From positions 174,530,001 through 174,594,000 of the forward strand of contig NW_027362773.1 in assembly GCF_046119375.1 (NCBI RefSeq): 64,000 bases of DNA. Direction: 5' to 3'. Position numbers and translations under genes: made by a program. The notes beneath the pieces were generated by a model. It ran no database searches. It was given only the letters and a program-made list of their open reading frames with translations, and was not told the DNA's origin. Source of the DNA: Phyllobates terribilis (Eukaryota). This document shows, piece after piece, positions 23,018 through 34,471 of the stretch; the first letter of the stretch is position 1, and the number at the start of each line of letters is the position of its first letter.

Positions 23018-23980
23018 TGACGCGCCCCTGGGCCTGTGTCGCGCTGCGTTGCGCACGCGGGAGCTTACCCGGAGCCGGATCTCTTGAGGGTTGTAGTCTC
23101 GTGGCGGTGACCCGGTCCGTGCCCAGGGAGTCAAACTGGACGGCAGTAGATGTAGTACGACTACGCCACCCGTTGAATGCAGCTTATGGAGCTGCCGCTG
23201 CAGGACAGTCCGCTGAGGCCGGTGGATGGATGGTGCAGCGGGGATGGTATAACCCCCAACGGGAGGGGTATGGCCTCAGGGCAGCCGACGTGGATGATGG
23301 GGGTAGCAGGAACCACTCAGAGACGGTGCGGTGTAATTCAGGGTCTTTACTGGTAACAACGATAGACCCTCCCGGAGTACTTGCTAGCGAACGGGGCCTG
23401 GTCAGTCCTTGAGCAGATGGGATCTCCCCTGGCCAGGCGGAGTTGTAGGCCTCCCAAACTGACTGTACTCTTCTGGCTACCTTGCTAGAAGCGGATATAA
23501 GTAGCCCACGTCCCTGAGTGTACCGTGTGGTGCTCACCCGTATGGCCGGTGACTCGGGGCCTTCTAATGGCTTCCGCTCCACGATGGCGGTGCTGGTCCC
23601 ACGCGTGTGACCGTGCCTTCGGGCTTCTGGGCCAGAGGACCTGAAATCCCCTGCCTGACGGATTCTGCTGCTGGGTAGGAGTTAGTCCCCACAGCCTCGG
23701 ACTCCGGGTCCGGTAAAGAATCTTCTTAGTCAGGGCGAACTCTGCAGCTGCCAGCCCCTGATTCCTTGGAACTCTGCTGTTTCCTATGCTGTTTCTTGTC
23801 TCTACTCTCCTTGACTGACTAACCCTGCCTCAGCCCCGGGTTTATACAGGGGAAGTTCTTCCCCTCCCAAGACTGGGCAGGAGGTGTGGCATGCACAGGA
23901 TCCCTGACCAAAGGACCTCCCACCTGCTCTCAGACATAACATTACATTACTGTGGAAAACCAGACCCCTGGGGTGCCACA
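23018..23980 (-). repeat. Gypsy 5' LTR (963 bp)
   Basis: Identical to 16141-17103 except in one ~86-bp patch. Confidence 0.96.
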
Positions 23981-24941
23981 CATGGATTACAGACAGTAGA
24001 GCAGAGCTGCAGTATGAAGCGTGGATTACAGACAGTAGAGCAGACCTGCAGTGTAAAGCATGGATTACAGACAGTAGAGCACAGCTGCAGTATGAAGCGT
24101 GGATTACAGACAGTAGAGCAGAGCTGCAGTATGAAGCATGGATTACAGACAGTAGAGCAGAGCTGCAGTGTAAAGCATGAATTACAGACAGTAGAGCAGA
24201 GCTGCAGTATGAAGCGTGGATTACAGACAGTAGAGCAGAGCTGCAGTATGAAGCATGGATTACAGACAGTAGAGCAGACCTGCAGTATGAAGCGTGGATT
24301 ACAGACAGTAGAGCAGAGCTGCAGTATGAAGCATGGATTACAGACAGTAGAGCAGAGCTGCAGTATGAAGCATGGATTACAGACAGTAGAGCAGAGCTGC
24401 AGTATGAAGCATGGATTACAGACAGTAGAGCAGACCTGCAGTATGAAGCGTGGATTACAGACAGTAGAGCAGAGCTGCAGTATGAAGCGTGGATTACAGA
24501 CAGTAGAGCAGAGCTGCAGTGTAAAGCATGAATTACAGACAGTAGAGCAGAGCTGCAGTATGAAGCGTGGATTACAGACAGTAGAGCAGAGCTGCAGTAT
24601 GAAGCGTGGATTACAGACAGTAGAGCAGAGCTGCAGTATGAAGCATGGATTACAGACAGTAGAGCAGAGCTGCAGTATGAAGCATGGATTACAGACAGTA
24701 GAGCAGACCTGCAGTATGAAGCGTGGATTACAGACAGTAGAGCAGAGCTGCAGTGTAAAGCATGGATTACAGACAGTAGAGCAGAGCTGCAGTATGAAGC
24801 GTGGATTACAGACAGTAGAGCAGAGCTGCAGTGTAAAGCATGGATTACAGACAGTAGAGCACAGCTGCAGTATGAAGCGTGGATTACAGACAGTAGAGCA
24901 GAGCTGCAGTGTAAAGCATGAATTACAGACAGTAGAGCAGA
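23981..24941. repeat. 39-bp minisatellite, right part
   Basis: Same unit as 14128-16140, resuming in register after the TSD. Confidence 0.97.
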
Positions 24942-25623
24942 CTGAGATTATAATGAGAAAGGATTTCTGACTACGTCGGCCTCCAGCAGACAATGCAGCT
25001 GCACTGGGGCCATTGATCTTAGTTGTGTCCTGATAAAGCAGAGCTGCAGTGTAAAGCATGTTGAAGAACCAGAACAGGAGACTGAGATTCTGATGCGACT
25101 CAAGGTGGATTTTAGTCTTGCACCGACTTCAATAGACGATGTAACTCATTGATGCTTCTTAATAAAGCAGAGCTGCAGTGTAAAGTATGGGCGACAGCAG
25201 CAGATCAGCTTTCTGCCGTGTTGCAGCTCAGATGGAATCATTGATCCAGCAGACGGATGATGAGGATCCGTGTGGTGGTTGTAGTGGTTCTGTGTCTGTG
25301 CGGGATCGGCGGCGTCCAGCGCAGATATCGCCCTGTTCTCTCCCTGCCGCCTGCGCTGCGCATTGTAGCCTCTCATGAAATTCATGATCTTCCCTCATCG
25401 CACAGTACAGGGGCCGTGAATATCCGCAGAGTGCGCAGTGTGAACAGCGACCGGCGGTGAGAAAAAACATAAATGCTCCGCCATAGAGAAAGCATCGGTC
25501 AGACCTCAGAGCCTGAAAGGGTTAAAAGAATGGGACAAACACCTCGGTCGCCATACTGATTTCATGCGGTATGGCAGCTTTATAGGAACGCTATTATCTG
25601 CCTTCTATGTGGCGGTATTATAT

Positions 25624-26143
25624 TGTCGGGGTAAAAGAGAATATATATATTTGTAACTTTTATACTTTTGTAACTTTTATACGTTTTTTTGCTAATGTAC
25701 TAACCACCATTTTGTGTCTTATAACAATAAGCTTTCCTTGCTACGTAATACTCAAATCGAAACTTAAACTAAGACAGTTCCAGTGTTGCCAAGATTTATT
25801 TCAGAGAAACGAAACAAGATTATAAGCTGACGGCTGCAATATCTGCCCAGAGACTGAGATAAGGAGATGTGGACCAATCAGGAGTGGCTAGACACTGGAC
25901 TTTCATGGCTTACCCCGCTCCGGACAACCTCTTTCCCCTCCCATTATGTAGTGTATTTAGATTTGTGCATGTAAAAAATAAATTCAGAACATTGCTGAGG
26001 ACGTTGTCTGTAGTAGCCTTCTGAGCATGCTCTGAGCTTGAACCAGCTTGTTGTCTGACTCATTCTTTGAATGGTTGACCCATGCTCATAGTTTGAATTT
26101 GGAGTGACTGGAGGACGAGTGGAATGTCATCACGACCCCCACA
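25624..26143 (+). repeat. ERV 5' LTR (520 bp)
   Basis: tgtcggggt...ccccaca, direct repeat of 32032-32549. Confidence 0.95.
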
Positions 26144-26145
26144 AA

Positions 26146-26163
26146 TGGCGCCCAACGTGGGGC
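26146..26163 (+). promoter_or_regulatory. Primer-binding site, tRNA-Lys1,2 (TGGCGCCCAACGTGGGGC)
   Basis: Matches the canonical Lys1,2 PBS, 2 nt after the LTR. Confidence 0.92.
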
Positions 26164-26626
26164 GTGGCTAGCGGTACGCCGCCCTCCCGGACCCATATTG
26201 CTGATTTCCCTGGTGGTGACCGCGGTGGCTGAATTTGAGGCCTGATCAACCTCCATCGAACACGGTAAGTTGAGATGTATTTTATATGTCTCACTTGCCT
26301 GTGTGTCAGCCGCAGCGGTTCCTGTTGGGTTGTCAGGTTGGATCTGGGTGGGTGACCGGTCGAGTGGTGAGACCTTGGGCGTCCCGCACCACGTCCTGAA
26401 CCAGCAAGTGTTAAAACGAGTGACGTCGCATGCCTGCGCGTGCTCGTGTGCACACCACCTCCTCCTCCCCCGGTCACTGTACTTTTCTTAGATAGCTGCC
26501 TCCCGTAACTGATAGTCGAGGTTTCAAAGCATTCCTGAATTGTAGTGTAAGGGAGAAAGAATCTGTGACGAATTGAGGAGTACTCTTCGTCTAACACAGA
26601 AACTGCTGTAAAGTCAAGGTTAGGAA

Positions 26627-26942
26627 ACAGTGTATTGAGGTGTCTCTACACTGTCGGGTGGTACCGTGGTAGGAAAGCAGATAGATTGAGGTGTCTCTCT
26701 ATCTCAACAGTGTATTGAGGTGTCTCTACACTGTCGGGTGGTGCCGTGGTAGGAAAGGAGATAGATTGAGGTGTCTCTCTATCTCATCAGTGTATCGAGG
26801 TGTCTCTACACTGACGGGTGGTGACCTGTAGTCAGGGTGCCGTGGTGAGTCGCACTGTAAAGTCGCCATTCAAGGCTAGGAAAGGAGTTAGATTGAGGTG
26901 TCTCTCTATCTCATCAGTGTATTGAGGTGTGCTCTACACTGA
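26627..26942 (+). repeat. Seven tandem hairpin-forming repeats in the ERV leader
   Basis: Core ttgaggtgtctc enclosed alternately by cagtgta/tacactg and agataga/tctatct stems. Confidence 0.8.
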
Positions 26943-27251
26943 GGAGTGGCGACCTGTGGACTGCACCAGTGATCTGAGTCGCGACAGATCATTGCATTCT
27001 ATAAGAAAATGTTGTGTATATTTAAATTTGAAAGATCTCGTAAGTTGTGGAATGCTGCTGTAGGAGTTAAGCCAATTAGTGGAGTTACGGGAAGGCAAGA
27101 AGGCAAGAAGAATGTTAGGAATTTGTATAACATGATAAGCTTATCCAGTACAGGCAGGCTTTAGTTTTCAGTGTAGAAAGAATGTGTGATACAGAAGTTG
27201 GGAAAGTTGGGTGAGGATTTTTGCACCAGACTCAAGCACATCTTAGAGTAG

Positions 27252-28615
27252 ATGGTGCAGGGGGGAACAGAGAATGCCGAGCCTTTGTTCGGATACATGA
27301 AAGCTGCAGAATGTGATTTGTTATGTGCCCCCAAAATGGCCGTTGCACCTTTGATGCCTGTCACTACACTGAGCCCTCAGTCACCACCCTATAATGGCGC
27401 CGACGCCAAATTACCGGAGGGGTGGACGTGTCGGGTGTGTGGAGAGCAAAACCCACTCTGGGCGGGCCGCCCATGGCACGATGCCCAGTCTGCCCCCAAG
27501 AATAATCCCACCCCCACTCCCACCCACTCCCACCTCCTCCCTCCAACGGCCATTTTGCTACACCTCTTACTTGTTGTGGGCGGCCCGGAAAGCCCCAATC
27601 CGGCCTATATCCACTACTAGATCCGTCCGGTGCATATTACCAGCCACCAGCACAGGTGGAAAAGCCCGCAGTCCCAGAGCACCCATCTGAAACTAATGTG
27701 ACACCCTCTGCTCCAGTCCACGATGCTGAGACGCTTCCCCTGTTTCCTATGGGAGTCACCCACAACCCTGGGGATATCCTCCTCAACCCCCCAGAATTTC
27801 AGGCCAGACTGCTCTCCCTCCGCCAACATACTGTTACTCAAGACGATATGGAGCCAGATGAGGGATGGGCTCAAGATACTCCAGCCCCCCCCCCCCGTCT
27901 TTACCCCATACGTCTCCTATGGCATCCTTCACCCCACATCCATTACCCGTACTCCGGCCCTTGCTCCAAGCAACTGCTGAAAGAGCCCCACCCCCCAGCC
28001 CCTCAGAAGTCTGGGACCCCTGCCGCTCCCGGAATCTAGTAGACCCATCAGGACGCCCTGTCACTCTGTCAATAGGCTATGGTGACATCCTTACACATCG
28101 GGTGGGGGCCATAGTCAACCCTGCAAACACCTGTATGAGCCATGTTGGAGGATTGGCTCGCAAAATTTCCCTTGCTGCTGGTTCTACTCTGGCTGCAGAA
28201 TGCCAGGCTCACTTAGCCGAAAACGGAGAGCTTTCAAAAGGCCATGGTTTCCACAAAAGCAGGATCTCTTAGTACGTATGAATCCGGCCTAGAATACATG
28301 AAACAGTTAAAGGCCTGGGCTCAGGATCGCTTGTCAGATCAAGCTGGGTCTGTACAAGATGTTCAACAAGACCCTGATGAATCTGTGGAAAGATATGCTG
28401 CAAAACTCAGCATGCATTTTGAGGATCTTGGATACAGTCCTCACGTCAAGACGCAGGCCGCCCTGTTGGTTCAGGCCCTGGTAAATGGCCTACAAGACGC
28501 CCTCAGAGATGAAGTCCTGAGAGTACGGCCCGAGATTCGTTCTTCTTCTTTCAACGACGCGGTGGATATCGTTAAAGCTTTCCATAAATCAATGCTAAAA
28601 ATGGAAAAGGATACT
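27252..28615 (+). pseudogene. gag: Frameshifted ERV gag remnant: Cys motif, Pro-rich region, macrodomain, capsid C-terminal part
   Basis: WTCRVCGEQN; GDILTHRVGAIVNPAN; MHR-like QQDPDESVERYAAKL and ALVNGL; spread over several frames. Confidence 0.75.
28060..28272 (+). pseudogene. Macrodomain (ADP-ribose-binding fold), N-terminal part, inside gag
   Basis: VTLSIGYGDILTHRVGAIVNPANTCMSHVGGLARKISLAAGSTLAAEC matches GDI...IVNAAN..L.HGGGVA.AI..AAG..L..EC; it continues after a frameshift as G-MVSTKAGSL. Confidence 0.85.
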
Positions 28616-31582
28616 AAGCCAAAGAAGAAAACCGCTCCGGGAGAGCCTCCAAGATACCGGTTGGTTCAGGATCTCAGAGCCGTCAATGCAGCTACCATTT
28701 TAGAAACTCCAGTGGTACCCAACCCAAACACCCTTTTGTCTCAGGTGCCTCCAACGGCCACCTTGTTTACGGTGTTAGATCTGGCCAACGCTTTCTTCAG
28801 TATACCCTTACATGAAGATTCGTGGTTTCTTTCTGCCTTCACCTTTCAAGGAGCACAGCTTACATGGACCAGGACTCCGCAAAGAGCCCAGAACTCTCCT
28901 AACCAATTCACTCATTCTATGAAGTCTATTCTGGAGCCATGGGTTCAAGAGAACCCTCAGGTCACCTTTCTACAGTATGTGGATGATCTTTTACTCTGTG
29001 GCACTGAAGAAAATTTGCCAGAGATGTCAGCATCCCTTCTCTGGTTTCTTCACTCAGCTAACTGTAAAGTCTCGAAAGGCAAAGTCCAATGGTGTCTGCC
29101 CAAGGTCATTTTCCTCGGACATTGTATATCACAAGGTGCTAGACATCTGACTGAAGAAAGAAAACAAGCCATCATGGATATCACCTTCCCAACCACCTAC
29201 TCCGCTATGCAGACTTTCCTTGGCCTCATCACTTACTGCAGGCAATGGATCCCTGATGCCTCAAACCTCATGCAACCTCTGTACGACTGTCTCAAGGATG
29301 AAGGCTCAGTTTGGCTTCATGCTGAAGATCCACGTGTTTCTCATCAACACAGACTATGTTTTGACCGCCTTAAACAGGCTGTTGTCTCTGCCCCGGCCTT
29401 GGGCTTACCAGACTATACTCAGCCATTTCACCTTTTTGTCTCGGAATCGGAAGGTCATGCCTCTGGAGTTCTAGCACAACGCTATGATCATAAGTATCGG
29501 CCTTTGGGCTACTACTCAGCCCGCCTGGACCCTGTCGCCCGAACTGCCCCCATGTGCCTTAAGGCGGTCCACGCTGCTCACATTCTCCTTGACAAGTCAG
29601 CTGATATCGTCCTTGGCCATGATCTCTCAGCTGTTCTGCAACAAACATCTCCGAAAGATCTCACCAACCAAAGACACCTGCGGCTGCAGTGTTCCCTATT
29701 GTTGCCCTCCAATATAACATTTACCAGATGTCTGACTATCAATCCTGCCACTTTGCTTCCACCTTCTAGGGGGGAAGGTGAAGAGGGTGAAGATCCATTG
29801 GTGGAACCTCATGATTGTATAAAAATTTTGCAGGAAGAGACTTCTGCTCCAGAGAATATGGTGGCACATCCGCTCGCAGACCCTCAAGGGAAGTTCCACA
29901 CGGGATATGCTGTCACAACGGACCTAACAGTCCTCAAGGCTGAAGCTCTACCACCATATATGTCTGCACAAGAGACTGAACTTGTGGCTCTCACAGAGGC
30001 CTGCCACCTGGCAGCAGGAACAAAGGCGAATATGTATATACCGATTCCAGGTATGGACATGGAATTTGCAATGATTCTGGACTCTTGTGGAAGTCTAGAG
30101 GATTCATCACAGCTGCAGGTACACCAGTGAAACATGTCTCATGGATTAAGGCCCTAATGAAGGCCCTGGAACTACCCATTCAGGTTGCTGTTATCAAGGT
30201 CAAGGCTCATGGAAGACTAGAATCCAGAGAAGCCAGGGGCAACCACCTAGCTGACCAAGCAGCCAAGACTGCAGCAGTGGAGAATGTGTCATCAAAGTGG
30301 CAGGAAAAGGAAGAAGAGATGGGAGAGACTCTGCAAACCGTAGCTGTGGCGCTCACTAGAGCAAGAGCCAAAGAACAGCCGGCGGAAGACCATACAAGTC
30401 CAGCGGAGACACGAGTGGAATCCAGGGGGGTCAGGATGCCTAAAGAAAAATTGTGTGAGGAACAAAGGAAGACCCCCACTGAAGAAGTCAAGCAATGGAA
30501 AGCGGCAGGAGCTGTGCTGGCAGGTCGCAAAGATTCAAAGGTCAACTCGACTCTTTACCAAGTGGATGGGAAGCCTTGCTTGCCTAGACGCATGTACTCA
30601 GCTGTGGCAGCATGGGCTCACGGGCCTACACACAGAGGAAAGAATCAAGCTTTGGCATGTATCAAGAAACTGTACTTTGCACCCAGAATCTCTTCCACTG
30701 TGACTGCATACTCAAAATCCTGCTCTGTCTGCGCTACCTGCAACCCAACGTGTATGGCACGGGTCCCTCTTCAACATCTGGCTAAACCAGACTACCCTTG
30801 GCAGAGAATACAAGTCGACCATATCCAAATGCCTAAAGCAGGAAAATAGGAGTACGTTTTGGTAGCCGTGGATATGTTCTCAGCCTGGCCCGAGGCCTAC
30901 CCGGTTGTCAACATGACTGCTAAAGTCACAGCCAAGAAACTGATCACCGAAATTGCCTGCAGATTTGGAGTTTCCCCAAGTCATAGAATCGGATCAAGGA
31001 CCAGCTTTCACAGCAAATATCTATGAAGAACTCTGGAACATGTTGGGAACAGATTTGGGCCTCCACACTCCATACCATCCTGCCAGTTCAGGCAAAGTGG
31101 AGAGAATGAATTCCACACTCAAGACCCAGCTCTTGAAAATGACCCAAGATCATCCCCTCCCCTGGCCCGACCTACTCCCCATAGTATTGTATCATATCAC
31201 ACACACTCCTCAGGCCAAACATGGGCTGACTCCCTATAAAATTTTGTTTGGGACCCCACCCAAGATAGGAGAGATTAGGCCCCAAGAGTTGTCTGAAACA
31301 CATGATAGAGTGGTAAAATTTGTGATTGTTTTGTCTAGAGAATTGACTAACACCCGCTCTCCAGTATCTGCTTCTCTCCCAGAATCTACAGGTGATGCAG
31401 TACATGATTTCATCCCAGGCGATCTAGTGTATGTGAAGAAGTTTGTCCGGAGAGACTGTCTCCAGCCGCGGTTCGAGGGACCGTACACTGTGCTTCTCAC
31501 CACCCCGACGGCTCTGAAGCTTGAGGGCAAGAGCACCTGGATTCACGCCTCCCACTGCACGAGAGACAGAACGAGTCTATAA
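28616..31582 (+). pseudogene. pol: ERV pol (RT lacking its N-terminus, RNase H, integrase) with frameshifts and one stop; no protease
   Basis: YRLVQDLR, LDLANAFF, YVDD, SAQETEL, HGPTH...[35 protein letters not shown]. Breaks near 30030, 30847 (TAG) and 30960. Confidence 0.92.
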
Positions 31583-31585
31583 AAG

Positions 31586-31812
31586 ATGACTACCTTCTTC
31601 TATATCCTTTCCATATGCTTACTGTCTGTCCCAGGGTGGACAGCTACCACACAGGGGTAGATACCTCCTTTTTCTCAAGTTGGTTGGGAGGGCTCAAGGG
31701 ATTTCTCCAACAAGTTTGTCTAGTAATGGGAGGTCTATTAGTATTGGGCCTGGTGGTCCTGTGCTGCATAGTCCCCTTATATAGAGAAATATACTCCTTT
31801 GAACAAGCCTGA
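31586..31812 (+). pseudogene. env: env remnant: signal peptide joined out of frame to the membrane anchor
   Basis: MTTFFYILSICLLSVPGWTATTQG* directly after integrase, then SFFSSWLGGLKGFLQQVCLVMGGLLVLGLVVLCCIVP in another frame. Confidence 0.7.
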
Positions 31813-32031
31813 CCAGACCCCCTCATGATAAAGTTCAATTGAAAGATTCAGTTTAGGATCAGTTGGGAGAACTCCATGTGTCACCCAGGATAGGGCTCGA
31901 TTGTCTGGGGGGCGTCCCATAAGGGGGCAGCTTCTAAGATGATTGGGTGAAGAAATCCACCTCCCCTCTCCCCACACATGGACAGTCTCAAAGGCCCCGA
32001 AGCAAGGGAAAGCTTAGTGTTTAGGGGGGAA

Positions 32032-32549
32032 TGTCGGGGTAAAAGAGAATATATATATTTGTAACTTTTATACTTTTGTAACTTTTATACTTTTTTTGCT
32101 AATGTACTAACCACCATTTTGTGTCATATAACAATAAGCTTTCCTTGCTACGTAATACTCAAATCGAAACTTAAACTAAGACAGTTCCAGTGTTGCCAAG
32201 ATTTATTTCAGAGAAACGAAACAAGATTATAAGCTGACGGCTGCAATATCTGCCCAGAGACTGAGATAAGGAGATGTGGACCAATCAGGAGTGGCCAGAC
32301 ACTGGACTTTCATGGCTTACCCCGCTCCGGACAACCTCTTTCCCCTCCCATTATGTAGTGTATTTAGATTTGTGCATGTAAAAATAAATTCAGAACATTG
32401 CTGAGGACGTTGTCTGTAGTAGTCTTCTGAGCATGCTCTGAGCTTGAACCAGCTTGTTGTCTGACTCATTCTTTGAATGGTTGACCCATGCTCATAGTTT
32501 GAATTTGGAGTGACTGGAGGACGAGTGGAATGTCATCACGACCCCCACA
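32032..32549 (+). repeat. ERV 3' LTR (518 bp)
   Basis: Direct repeat of the 5' LTR, preceded by PPT aggggggaa. Confidence 0.95.
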
Positions 32550-33043
32550 ATATGATGAGGCTGGAGGAGCATTATCTACATGCTGATATATGGGGCATTA
32601 TTTAGACATTGTACAGCTCTGTCCTGTTGCCATTATATGGCGGTATTATTCGGGAACCGTCTGATGGTATTTGGTTACCCTATGGGAGTATTATTTGGTC
32701 ACTGTATAGTAGTATTTTTTGGCCATGTCACACTGTGATTTTTGGGCACTGTGTGGCAGTATAATTCAAACATTACATGGCAGAATTACTTGGAAACTGT
32801 GATGGTAATTTTTGGTCACATTATAGCACTGCTAGGTCACTATGTGGCGGTATTATTTAGGCATTGTAAAACAGTTTTATTTGAACATTGCATATAGGAT
32901 TATTAAGAACTGTTTGATGGCTTTATTTGGTCACGTTATAGGAGCATTATTTGGGAACAGTATAGCAGTAATATTTGGAATCTGTCAGCTCTTGCTACAT
33001 ATAACCGCTGCTCTGTTGCTGAGAAATCAACTTTTGTAGAAGT

Positions 33044-33207
33044 GATATGTAAATGAGGCTCGAAGTGCTCAGGGTGGAGCCTGACTCAATTGTCAGCTTA
33101 ACTCCGCCCTCCACTAGGTGATTGACAGATAGCACTGCTGCAGCATTTCAGTCACCTAGTGCAGGGCTCCATCCCGCCCAGAGCACTTCCAGCCTCATTT
33201 GCATATC
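33044..33207. mobile_element. Fold-back core of a probable MITE
   Basis: 27-bp inverted repeat with 2 mismatches (gatatgtaaatgaggctcgaagtgctc / gagcacttccagcctcatttgcatatc); outer ends not defined. Confidence 0.4.
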
Positions 33208-33349
33208 ACATATAAAGTGAATTTCTCTACAACAAAGCAGCGCTGATGATAAAAGTATTTACTTGTGTCCTGATAACCTGCATGGAGACGGTTTGGGGCT
33301 TTTAAAGCAGTATTATTGGTACTATGTGAATGTTTGGTAGCATTATTAC

Positions 33350-34022
33350 TAGCATTATGAGGACACTATATGGGCATTATAGGCATTATATGGGCATTAT
33401 GAGGGCATTATATGGGCATTATGAGGGCATTATAGGCATTATATGGGCATTATGAGGGCATTATAGGCATTATATGGGCATTATAGGCATTATATGGGCA
33501 TTATGTGGGCATTATGTGGACGTTATGTGGACGTTATCAGGGCGTTATGTGGGCGTTATGTGGACGTTATCAGGGCGTTATGTGGACGTTATCAGGGCGT
33601 TATGTGGGCGTTATGTGGACGTTATCAGGGCGTTATGTGGGCATTATGTGGGCGTTATGTGGACGTTATGTGGGCATTATGTGGGCATTATGTGGACGTT
33701 ATCAGGGCGTTATGTGGGCGTTATGTGGGTGTTATGTGGGCGTTATGTGGACGTTATCAGGGCGTTATGTGGGCGTTATGTGGACGTTATCAGGGCGTTA
33801 TGTGGGCGTTATGTGGACGTTATCAGGGCGTTATGTGGACGTTATCAGGGCGTTATGTGGGCGTTATGTGGACGTTATGTGGACGTTATGTGGGCATTAT
33901 GTGGGCATTATGTGGGCGTTATGTGGACGTTATCAGGGCGTTATGTGGGTGTTATGTGGACGTTATGTGGGCATTATGTGGGCGTTATGTGGACGTTATC
34001 AGGGCGTTATGTGGGCATTATA
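33350..34022. repeat. 10-12-bp low-complexity tandem repeat (gggcattata grading into gggcgttatgt / ggacgttatca)
   Basis: Read directly; it generates three overlapping repetitive ORFs. Confidence 0.92.
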
Positions 34023-34471
34023 TGGCATTGTCATTTGGGAACTGCTATAATATTTAGGCACTGAAGAATAGAATGAGTTTGCTACTTTCTGGCGGTTTTC
34101 TGCAGACACTTTCTGGCGGTATTACTTAGGATGTTTCCTGTTCCCCGGGTTATTGCACTAGTTCTATCTCTCCTTAGTAAATCCTATGATTATACTTGTC
34201 CTTTCTTTCCTCACAATCCAGTGGAGGGGGGCGGGGCGGCGGCCCTCAATCATCCACAGAACAGCCGGATAACTGATGGGTAGAAGGAAGGGGCAGCGTC
34301 CAAAACTTTAGTCTTTGTTTTTTTGTCTTTTTTTTCAGAATTTTGGCGCATATTGTTTTGCAGAATTTTTGCTTTCATGTTGAGAGGGAAACTTATTAAT
34401 ATTAGGACTGGTGGCAGCGGGTGCAGAGCGCTCTGGGATCTGATCCCCTGGCTGGAGGAGTTTGTGGGTAT

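Larger units (their letters stand above)
16141..23980 (-). mobile_element. Full-length Ty3/Gypsy LTR retrotransposon (7840 bp)
   Basis: Two 963-bp LTRs, 4-bp TSD catg (16137-16140, 23981-23984), PBS, PPT, gag, and pol in PR-RT-RH-IN order. Confidence 0.97.
25624..32549 (+). mobile_element. Endogenous retrovirus, class I (gamma/epsilon-like), internally deleted provirus
   Basis: LTRs 25624-26143 and 32032-32549 (about 5 differences), 4-bp TSD atat, tRNA-Lys1,2 PBS, PPT 32023-32031, RT YVDD, integrase ending WIHASHC, env remnants. Confidence 0.95.

Noticed and set aside
33474-34064. Three overlapping ~190-aa ORFs
   Set aside because: Low-complexity 10-12-bp repeat open in all three frames.
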